DNA of 64,000 nt from an uncultured beta proteobacterium (lineage in GTDB: Bacteria; Pseudomonadota; Gammaproteobacteria; Burkholderiales; SHXO01). Both the position numbers and the translations under genes were made by a program. Under the pieces are notes generated by a model, which searched no databases, was not told the DNA's origin, and saw only the letters and a program-made list of their open reading frames with translations. The stretch is from positions 10,389 to 74,388 of the forward strand of contig CAVUHQ010000024.1 in NCBI GenBank assembly GCA_963741215.1. The letters run 5' to 3'. Shown here piece after piece: positions 57,507-64,000 of the stretch. Numbering within the stretch: the stretch's first letter is position 1; each line of letters starts with the position of its first letter.

Positions 57507-59696
57507 ATGTCTATCGGACCCGGCCTCATCATTGCCGTGGGCTGCGCGGTCATCGCGCTGGTCTACGGCCTCGTCTCCATCCAGTGGGTGCTCGCCAAAC
57601 CGGCGGGCAATGCCCGCATGCAGGAGATCGCCGCTGCCATTCAGCCGGGCGCCAAGGCCTATCTCAACCGCCAGTACACCACCATCGCCATCGTTGGCGC
57701 GGTGCTGTTCGTCGTGCTGGGCGTGGGGCTCAACTGGTTGACGGCCTTCGGCTTCCTGGTTGGCTCGGTGCTCTCCGGCGCGGCCGGCTACATCGGCATG
57801 ATCATCTCGGTGCGCGCCAACGTGCGCACCGCACAGGCCGCGAATGACGGCATGAATGCTGCACTGGCGGTAGCCTTCCGCGGCGGCGCCATCACCGGCA
57901 TGCTGGTGGTGGGGCTCGGCCTGTTCGGGGTCGCCGGATACTATGGCATCGCGCTGTGGATTTCAGGTGATCCGGACCGGGCGCTGCACTCGCTGGTGGG
58001 CCTTGCTTTCGGCGGTTCGCTGATCTCCATCTTCGCGCGTCTGGGCGGCGGCATCTTCACCAAAGGCGCGGACGTGGGCGCCGATCTGGTGGGCAAGGTC
58101 GAAGCCGGCATCCCCGAGGACGACCCGCGCAACCCGGCGGTGATCGCCGACAACGTGGGCGACAACGTGGGCGACTGCGCCGGCATGGCCGCCGACCTGT
58201 TCGAGACCTACGCGGTCACCATCGTCGCCACCATGCTGCTGGGCGGCCTGATGTTGAAGGACGCCGGCACCAGCGCCATCCTCTACCCGCTGGTGCTGGG
58301 CGGCGTCTCCATCATCGCATCCATCATCGGCACCTTCTTCGTCAAGGCCAGCGAAGGCGGCAAGATCATGAACGCTCTGTACAAGGGCGTGATCGTTTCG
58401 GGCGTGCTGGCCGGCATCGCCTTCTACCCGATCACCGCCTGGCTGATGCCGGGCAACGTCTGGCCGCTGTTCGGCGCCGCGCTGGTCGGCCTGGCACTCA
58501 CCGCCGCCATGGTGGTCATTACCGAGTACTACACCGCCACCGAATACGGCCCGGTTCGCCACGTGGCCGCGGCATCGCAGACCGGCCATGCCACCAACAT
58601 CATCGCCGGTCTGGGTGTATCGATGAAGGCGACTGCGTTGCCCGTGCTGGCCGTATGCGCCGCGATCTGGGCCTCCTACGCTCTGGCCGACCTGTACGGC
58701 ATCGCCATCGCGGCTACCGCGATGCTGTCCATGACCGGAATGATCGTCGCGCTGGACGCCTACGGCCCGATCACCGACAACGCCGGCGGCATCGCGGAGA
58801 TGGCCGAGTTGCCGTCCAAGATCCGTGAGATCACCGACCCGCTGGACGCGGTGGGCAACACCACCAAGGCGGTGACCAAGGGCTACGCCATCGGCTCCGC
58901 TGGCCTGGCCGCGCTGGTGCTGTTCGCCGACTACACCCATAACTTGAAGGCTGCCGGGAAGTCGGTGGACTTCATGCTGTCCGATCCCGCCGTCATCATC
59001 GGCCTGTTCATCGGCGGTCTGGTGCCCTATCTGTTCGGCGCCATGGCGATGGAGGCGGTGGGCCGCGCCGCCACTTCGGTGGTGAACGAAGTGCGCCGCC
59101 AGTTCCGAGAGATCAAGGGCATCATGGAAGGCACCGCGAAGCCGGACTATTCGCGGGCGGTGGACATGCTGACCAAGGCGGCGATCAAGGAAATGATCAT
59201 CCCTTCCCTGCTGCCGATCCTCGTGCCCATCGTTCTGGTGATCCTCATGAACTGGCTCATGGGTCCAGGTGCCGGCACTCGCGCGCTCGGCGGGTTGCTG
59301 ATCGGAACGATCGTGACGGGACTGTTCGTGGCCATCTCCATGACGACCGGCGGCGGTGCCTGGGACAACGCCAAGAAGTACATCGAAGACGGCCACTATG
59401 GCGGCAAAGGCTCGGACGCGCACAAGGCGGCGGTGACCGGCGACACGGTGGGCGACCCGTACAAGGATACGGCTGGCCCGGCCGTCAACCCGCTGATCAA
59501 GATCATCAACATCGTCGCGTTGCTGCTGGTGCCCCTGCTGCCAGCCGGCAGCAGCCCCAGCAGCACCCTGACGCCTCCACCAGTGGCAACCGCCGCGGCA
59601 GTCGCGATCGTCCTGCCCACGAACAAACTGGATGTCATAGCCGTTCCCCGCGCCGGAGCGCCTGGCCAGCCGGTGAAGAGCACCGCGGCGCGCTGA
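57507..59696 (+). CDS. hppA: membrane-bound H+-translocating pyrophosphatase
   Basis: Within ORF 57363-59696; ATG 57507 gives [21 protein letters not shown]. Motifs: [54 protein letters not shown] and [46 protein letters not shown]. Intact. It has an unusual ~55-aa Pro/Ala/Ser-rich C-terminal tail after ...[10 protein letters not shown]. Confidence 0.95.
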   Translation: MSIGPGLIIAVGCAVIALVYGLVSIQWVLAKPAGNARMQEIAAAIQPGAKAYLNRQYTTIAIVGAVLFVVLGVGLNWLTAFGFLVGSVLSGAAGYIGMIISVRANVRTAQAANDGMNAALAVAFRGGAITGMLVVGLGLFGVAGYYGIALWISGDPDRALHSLVGLAFGGSLISIFARLGGGIFTKGADVGADLVGKVEAGIPEDDPRNPAVIADNVGDNVGDCAGMAADLFETYAVTIVATMLLGGLMLKDAGTSAILYPLVLGGVSIIASIIGTFFVKASEGGKIMNALYKGVIVSGVLAGIAFYPITAWLMPGNVWPLFGAALVGLALTAAMVVITEYYTATEYGPVRHVAAASQTGHATNIIAGLGVSMKATALPVLAVCAAIWASYALADLYGIAIAATAMLSMTGMIVALDAYGPITDNAGGIAEMAELPSKIREITDPLDAVGNTTKAVTKGYAIGSAGLAALVLFADYTHNLKAAGKSVDFMLSDPAVIIGLFIGGLVPYLFGAMAMEAVGRAATSVVNEVRRQFREIKGIMEGTAKPDYSRAVDMLTKAAIKEMIIPSLLPILVPIVLVILMNWLMGPGAGTRALGGLLIGTIVTGLFVAISMTTGGGAWDNAKKYIEDGHYGGKGSDAHKAAVTGDTVGDPYKDTAGPAVNPLIKIINIVALLLVPLLPAGSSPSSTLTPPPVATAAAVAIVLPTNKLDVIAVPRAGAPGQPVKSTAAR

Positions 59697-59727
59697 TCCC
59701 GCGATCGGCCAAGACTTCCCCAATCAC

Positions 59728-59759
59728 AGGGCAGGCTCATGGTCTGCCCTTTTTCTTTG
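59728..59759 (+). terminator. rho-independent terminator after hppA
   Basis: AGGGCAG-GCTCATGGT-CTGCCCT (7-bp perfect stem, 9-nt loop) is followed by TTTTTCTTT, starting 32 nt after the hppA stop. Confidence 0.8.
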
Positions 59760-59806
59760 CTGGATGTCGAGCGCGGGGTGCTCCAGTCGATCTGGAGAGG
59801 TGGCGC

Positions 59807-60310
59807 GTGAGAGGAGACTCGGACTTGGCAGCAGACCAGAGGGGACGGAGGGTGGCCCGCAGGACCGTTCTTGCAGGTCTGGTCTGTATGCTGCCCGTTT
59901 CCGGTCTGGCCCTTGCTGCGGACAGGTCGGAAACGGCGCTGCCGCACGTCGGAACGGCTCAGGCCGAGCCACACTCACCAACCCCGCAACCGGCGCATGG
60001 GGGCGATGTACGGCTGGCCGGCCCTTTCTGGCTGGAGCTGGTAGCGAGCAAGGGCGCGCTCACACTGTACGTGACCGACCGCGCTGGAAAGCCGGTTGAC
60101 TCCGTGGGCGGAAAGGGCAAGGCAGGACTGCATACAGACGGCAAGGCCACGCAGCTGGAATTACGGCCCGCAGGTGGCAACCGGCTCGAGGCGAAAGGAC
60201 GGCTGAACCTGAAACCGACGACGGTGGTATTCGTCACCGTGGACCTGCGCGGCGAGAGGCCTCATCGGACCGTGTTCCGCCCGCTGGCGGCAAGCCGCGC
60301 CGGCCGCTAG
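59807..60310 (+). CDS. secreted hypothetical protein (paralogue 1 of a tandem pair)
   Basis: 167-aa ORF with signal-like RRVARRTVLAGLVCMLPVSGLALAAD; the start may be the internal GTG at 59852. The core HGGDVRLAGPFWLELVASKGALTLYVTDRAGKPVDSVGG aligns with the next gene. Confidence 0.55.
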   Translation: MRGDSDLAADQRGRRVARRTVLAGLVCMLPVSGLALAADRSETALPHVGTAQAEPHSPTPQPAHGGDVRLAGPFWLELVASKGALTLYVTDRAGKPVDSVGGKGKAGLHTDGKATQLELRPAGGNRLEAKGRLNLKPTTVVFVTVDLRGERPHRTVFRPLAASRAGR

Positions 60311-60323
60311 AGCGGGTTCCGGG

Positions 60324-60758
60324 ATGCCGGTCCGAGCACTCATCGTCCTGCTGTCTGTCGTCTGGGTGGTCGGTGCTTCGGCGCACACGGACGAACACTT
60401 CGACCGGCACCCGGCGCCCCACGGCGGGCAGGTGCGGATGGCTGGTCCATATCACATCGAGCTGGTGGCCGGCGAGAATCAGTTGACGCTGTATATCACC
60501 GACCATGCCGACAACCCGGTCCAGAGCGCGGGCGGCAGCGCCAAGGCAATCGTCATGACCGGCAAGAAACGCTACGTGCTGGTGCTCGCCGGCGTTGGCG
60601 ACAACAAACTGGAGGGAACGGGCGAGTTCAAGCTCGGCAAGCCCAGCCACGTCACCGTGATCGTCAAGCTGCCGCAGACCGACTCCCAGCTGGCGCGTTT
60701 CACCGTCAGCAAGAAGCCCAAGGCGCACTCCTCGCGCTCCCATCAGCATCACCAGTGA
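60324..60758 (+). CDS. secreted hypothetical protein, His-rich ends (paralogue 2)
   Basis: 144-aa ORF 13 nt after paralogue 1. Signal peptide MPVRALIVLLSVVWVVGASA, then HTDEHFDRHPAPHGGQVRMAGPYHIELVAGENQLTLYITDHADNPVQSAGG. The C-terminus is KAHSSRSHQHHQ. Confidence 0.6.
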   Translation: MPVRALIVLLSVVWVVGASAHTDEHFDRHPAPHGGQVRMAGPYHIELVAGENQLTLYITDHADNPVQSAGGSAKAIVMTGKKRYVLVLAGVGDNKLEGTGEFKLGKPSHVTVIVKLPQTDSQLARFTVSKKPKAHSSRSHQHHQ

Positions 60759-60832
60759 CGCGACCCGCGTGCGGGCCAGCGCGCACGGAGTTTGCTCTGA
60801 TGCTCTCCAATCCCTGAGCCGGCCTTCCTCCC

Positions 60833-62737
60833 ATGCCAACCCATACGTCACAGTCCGATCCGGATCTGGGCCAGTTCCAGCTGCTCCGCACGCGCCGGTT
60901 CCTGCCTTTCTTCGTCACCCAGTTCCTGGGCGCGCTGAACGACAATCTGTTCAAGAATGCCATGGTGCTGCTGCTCACCTTCCAGGCCGCGCACTCGTCT
61001 ACGCTCAGCACCGGCGTGCTGGTCAACCTGGCGGCCGGAATCTTCATCCTGCCCTTCTTCCTGTTCTCGGCCACCGCCGGCCAGCTAGCCGACAAGTACG
61101 AGCGCTCGCGCATCATCCGCCTGGTCAAGCTGTTCGAGATCGCTATCGCGCTGGTCGGTGCCGTCGGCTTCGTCCTCCAGGACGTGACGCTGCTGTTCAC
61201 CGCGCTGTTCATGCTGGGAGTCCATTCGACGGTATTCGGTCCAGTGAAGTACGCGATCCTGCCGCAGCAATTGCACGAGAGCGAACTGATCGGCGGCAAC
61301 GCGTTGATCGAGACCGGTACCTTCATCGCGATCCTGTTCGGCACCATTCTGGCCGGCGTGCTGATGGGGCGCGCCGATGGCGGGCACCTGAGCGTTCCGG
61401 GAATCACGCTCCTCGTCGCAGTCGCTGGCTACGCGGTCAGCCGCAGCGTGCCGGCCGCGCCCGCGCCCGACCCGGGTCTGAAGATCAACTGGAACCCGTT
61501 GTCGGAGACGTGGCACACCATTCAGCTCACGCGCGGCAACCGCGCAGTCTTTCTATCCATCCTCGGGATCTCCTGGTACTGGTTCCTCGGCGCGCTGATG
61601 CTCTCCCAGTTTCCCGGCTACGCCAAGGACCACCTGGGCGGAAACGAGAGCGTGGTCACGCTGCTGCTGGCCGTGTTCGCGACCGGAGTCGGTGTGGGCT
61701 CGTTGCTGTGCGAGCGGCTGTCGGGGCGCAAGATCGAGATCGGGCTGGTGCCCTTCGGCTCCATCGGCCTGTCGCTGTTCATTCTCGACTTGTTTTTCGC
61801 CAGCCCCTCGGCAGGCGTTCTGCCGCACGCCAACGCCTGGGGGTATCTGAGCGCGCCGGGCAGCTGGCGCGTGCTGATCGACCTGATCCTGATCGGCGTG
61901 TTCGGCGGCTTCTACATCGTGCCGCTCTACGCGTTGATACAAAGCCGCTCCGATCCGTCGCACCGTTCGCGCATCATCGCCGCGAACAATATCCTCAACG
62001 CGCTGTTCATGGTGCTGGCGGCAGCCTTCGGCGCCGGCGTGCTCGGAGCGGGCGCGACCATTCCGCAGATGTTCCTGGCCTGCGCCTTTCTCAACGCGGC
62101 AGTGGCGCTCTACATCTATCTGCTCGTCCCCGAGTTTCTGATGCGCTTCCTGGCCTGGATGCTGATCCATTCGATCTACCGTCTGCGCAAGCGCGGACTG
62201 GAGAACATCCCCGAGACCGGCCCCGCGGTGCTGGCCTGCAACCACGTTAGCTTCGTCGATGCCGTCGTCATTCTGGGCGCGTGCCCTCGCCCCATCCGCT
62301 TCATCATGGATCACCAGATCTTCCGCATCCCGGTGCTGGGCTTCGTGTTCCGCACCGGAAAGGCCATTCCCATCGCGCCCGCCAGGGAAGACCCGGCCAT
62401 GCTGGAGTCGGCTTACGCCGAGGTGGCGCGCGCTCTAAGCCAGGGCGATCTGGTGGGGATCTTCCCCGAGGGGCGGATCACGGACACCGGCGAGTTATCT
62501 GCGTTCCGCGGAGGGGTCAAGCGCATCGTCGATACCACCCCTGTGCCGGTCGTGCCAATGGCGCTGCGTGGGCTGTGGGGCAGCATGTTCAGCCGCAAGG
62601 GCGGACGCGCTTTCTTCAAACGCCCGCGCCCATTCTCGCTGGTAGAGCTGGTAGTGGGAGCGCCGCTCCCGCCGCAGGCGGTCACGCCGGAGCGGCTGCA
62701 GCAAGTCGTACAGGAGTTACGCGGGGCCAAGCCTTGA
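60833..62737 (+). CDS. MFS (LplT-like) transporter fused to a PlsC-type acyltransferase domain
   Basis: Intact 634-aa ORF. The N-terminal ~430 aa have about 12 TM segments with FLPFFVTQFLGALNDNLFKNA, typical of lysophospholipid-transporter-like MFS. The C-terminus has the acyltransferase HX4D block LACNHVSFVDAVV and FPEGRITDTGE. Confidence 0.9.
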   Translation: MPTHTSQSDPDLGQFQLLRTRRFLPFFVTQFLGALNDNLFKNAMVLLLTFQAAHSSTLSTGVLVNLAAGIFILPFFLFSATAGQLADKYERSRIIRLVKLFEIAIALVGAVGFVLQDVTLLFTALFMLGVHSTVFGPVKYAILPQQLHESELIGGNALIETGTFIAILFGTILAGVLMGRADGGHLSVPGITLLVAVAGYAVSRSVPAAPAPDPGLKINWNPLSETWHTIQLTRGNRAVFLSILGISWYWFLGALMLSQFPGYAKDHLGGNESVVTLLLAVFATGVGVGSLLCERLSGRKIEIGLVPFGSIGLSLFILDLFFASPSAGVLPHANAWGYLSAPGSWRVLIDLILIGVFGGFYIVPLYALIQSRSDPSHRSRIIAANNILNALFMVLAAAFGAGVLGAGATIPQMFLACAFLNAAVALYIYLLVPEFLMRFLAWMLIHSIYRLRKRGLENIPETGPAVLACNHVSFVDAVVILGACPRPIRFIMDHQIFRIPVLGFVFRTGKAIPIAPAREDPAMLESAYAEVARALSQGDLVGIFPEGRITDTGELSAFRGGVKRIVDTTPVPVVPMALRGLWGSMFSRKGGRAFFKRPRPFSLVELVVGAPLPPQAVTPERLQQVVQELRGAKP

Positions 62738-62744
62738 GACGAGC

Positions 62745-63290
62745 TTACTTCTGCTGGGAAGATGGCCGCCGCGGTCCGAGCTGACCGACCTGCCACTCCT
62801 CCTCCTCTTCGTCCTCGTCCTCGTCGTCCTCGTCGTCTTCTTCTTTGTCGTCGTCCTCGTCCTCATCGTCATCGCCGTTGCCGTTGGCTGACGGGACCGA
62901 CACCCACAGCTCGTAGCCATCCGGATCGGTGAGGAAGAATTCGCTCGCACCGTAAGAGGTGAGGGCAACGTCGGAGACGGGAAACCCGGCTTTCTTCAGC
63001 CGCACGTGCGTGGCTTTCAGGTCGTCGGGGCGGATGTAGATCACCCAGCTCTGCCCGATGGCAGGGTTGAGGGTGATCTGCTGATCCGCGGTCAACTGCT
63101 GCAGCATCAAGTCAGCGCCGCCGCTCTTCAACCAGCACCAGCTCATGCGCCCCTCGTTTTCGTAGGAATCCTCCACTTCGAAACCGAAGAACTGACGGTA
63201 GAAGCCGACCGAACGATCGATGTCCGACACGCCCAGGCTGGGGATCAGCTTGCTGGCAACTGGGCGAGAGGACTTGCCAGGACGGGACAT
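62745..63290 (-). CDS. VOC (glyoxalase/bleomycin-resistance) family protein with poly-acidic C-terminal tail
   Basis: Within ORF 62745-63386; start at MSRPGK (63290). LIPSLGVSDIDRSVGFYRQFFGFEV...EFFLTDPDGYELWV is a VOC fold pattern. The tail is NGNGDDDEDEDDDKEEDDEDDEDEDEEEEEW. Confidence 0.8.
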   Translation of the reverse strand: MSRPGKSSRPVASKLIPSLGVSDIDRSVGFYRQFFGFEVEDSYENEGRMSWCWLKSGGADLMLQQLTADQQITLNPAIGQSWVIYIRPDDLKATHVRLKKAGFPVSDVALTSYGASEFFLTDPDGYELWVSVPSANGNGDDDEDEDDDKEEDDEDDEDEDEEEEEWQVGQLGPRRPSSQQK

Positions 63291-63313
63291 AGGGCTCTCG
63301 GTGCTAGAGTCGG

Positions 63314-63775
63314 TCAACGCCGGTCGGAGGAGAGCGTGCAACGGCCATCGATGCAGGAAACGCGCGGCGCCGGCAGCGCTTCGCACGTGCCAATCGCGGC
63401 TTGCTTGCGGTTCACTTCCTCCTCGAGGAAGCTGTATTCGTAGGCCTTCGCTTCGAGCATTTCGCGGTTCCCGGTGGTGCTGGAGTAGGCCAGGTACTCC
63501 GACGGGCCTCCGCAGGGACGGGCGCCTAACGGGAGCACGCGACAGTGAACCAGATTCACGCAGCGCGCTTCCCCGATCGCCTTCACAATCTGCTCGCGCA
63601 TGGTCTTGAGGGCGGCCTCGTCGCTGCCAGCAGCCGGCGACGCTTCTCCCCCCTGCACCAGCGCCGGGCCCATCACCAATCCCGCCAGGGCAAGCAGCAG
63701 TCCGGACGCCCCTCGCCCTGGCCGACCATCACGCGATGGTGATGCGCTTGTCGAGGTACACGTCCTGGATTGCAT
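63314..63775 (-). CDS. secreted Cys-containing hypothetical protein (start uncertain)
   Basis: 153-aa ORF with signal-like [18 protein letters not shown] and six Cys in the mature part (CVNLVHC...[11 protein letters not shown]...[18 protein letters not shown]). The annotated ORF start overlaps the fbaB 3' end, so the true start is probably internal. Confidence 0.5.
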   Translation of the reverse strand: MQSRTCTSTSASPSRDGRPGRGASGLLLALAGLVMGPALVQGGEASPAAGSDEAALKTMREQIVKAIGEARCVNLVHCRVLPLGARPCGGPSEYLAYSSTTGNREMLEAKAYEYSFLEEEVNRKQAAIGTCEALPAPRVSCIDGRCTLSSDRR

Positions 63776-64000
63776 TGAGCAGTTTCACACCCTCGGCCAG
63801 CGGCCGCTGGAACGCTTTGCGCCCTGAGATGAGTCCCGTCCCGGCGGCGCGCTTGTTGATGACGGCCGTGCGCACCGCCTCGGCGAAGTCGTTGTCGCCC
63901 GAGGCGCCACCAGAGTTGATCAGCCCCGCGCGCCCCATGTAACAGTTGGCCACCTGGTAACGAGTCAGATCGATCGGGTGGTCTGTCGTGAGCTCCGTGT
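63729..64000 (-). CDS. fbaB: class I fructose-bisphosphate aldolase (FbaB/DhnA type), C-terminal part; gene runs off the right edge
   Basis: The open frame from the window edge to TGA reads ...[85 protein letters not shown]. As I recall, the [10 protein letters not shown]...[15 protein letters not shown] ending matches E. coli FbaB. Confidence 0.7.
   Translation of the reverse strand, partial: TELTTDHPIDLTRYQVANCYMGRAGLINSGGASGDNDFAEAVRTAVINKRAAGTGLISGRKAFQRPLAEGVKLLNAIQDVYLDKRITIA

Noticed and set aside
57963-59723. 586-aa minus-strand ORF opposite hppA
   Set aside because: hppA on the plus strand is intact and diagnostic. The antisense ORF is a His/Arg/Gly/Asp-rich shadow.

Overview
This is a 64-kb window from a high-GC proteobacterial chromosome. 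The syntenies xseA / exbB-exbD / lpxK-trm112-kdsB-adk and tsaE-amidase ... mutL-miaA are core housekeeping blocks; from memory, the first looks betaproteobacterial. About 50 genes can be supported. They include an SDR, a thioesterase, an MCP, ilvD, a LysR regulator, pntAA-pntAB-pntB, mutL, miaA, xseA, an SNF2/SWIM helicase, a PPi-type phosphofructokinase next to the H+-pyrophosphatase hppA, an ApbE/FMN-bind flavinylation module, transporters and a partial fbaB. I saw no rRNA, tRNA or CRISPR array.

Three things stand out:
1. A 15.8-kb, five-gene, tightly coupled plus-strand operon (3884-19663) encodes giant proteins of about 950, 1225, 1017, 1472 and 582 aa. Only the first has a recognisable motif set (PhoD-like metallophosphatase). 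The operon sits directly downstream of an IS91-family transposase remnant. This is my best candidate for an undescribed system.
2. A ~1146-aa minus-strand protein (36116-39556) has an N-terminal small domain, a ~625-residue Glu/Arg/Lys-only segment, one TM helix and a periplasmic AsmA-like domain. The charged segment contains 23 near-identical 24-nt tandem repeats.
3. The sequence is riddled with single-base indels. Many genes, including essential ones (adk, kdsB, lpxK, ilvD, pntA), need 2-10 frame changes to read through, while neighbours (hppA, pntB, miaA) are intact. I read this as sequencing or assembly error rather than pseudogenisation.

Gene ends given for frameshifted genes are stitched from six-frame fragments, and the internal junctions are approximate.
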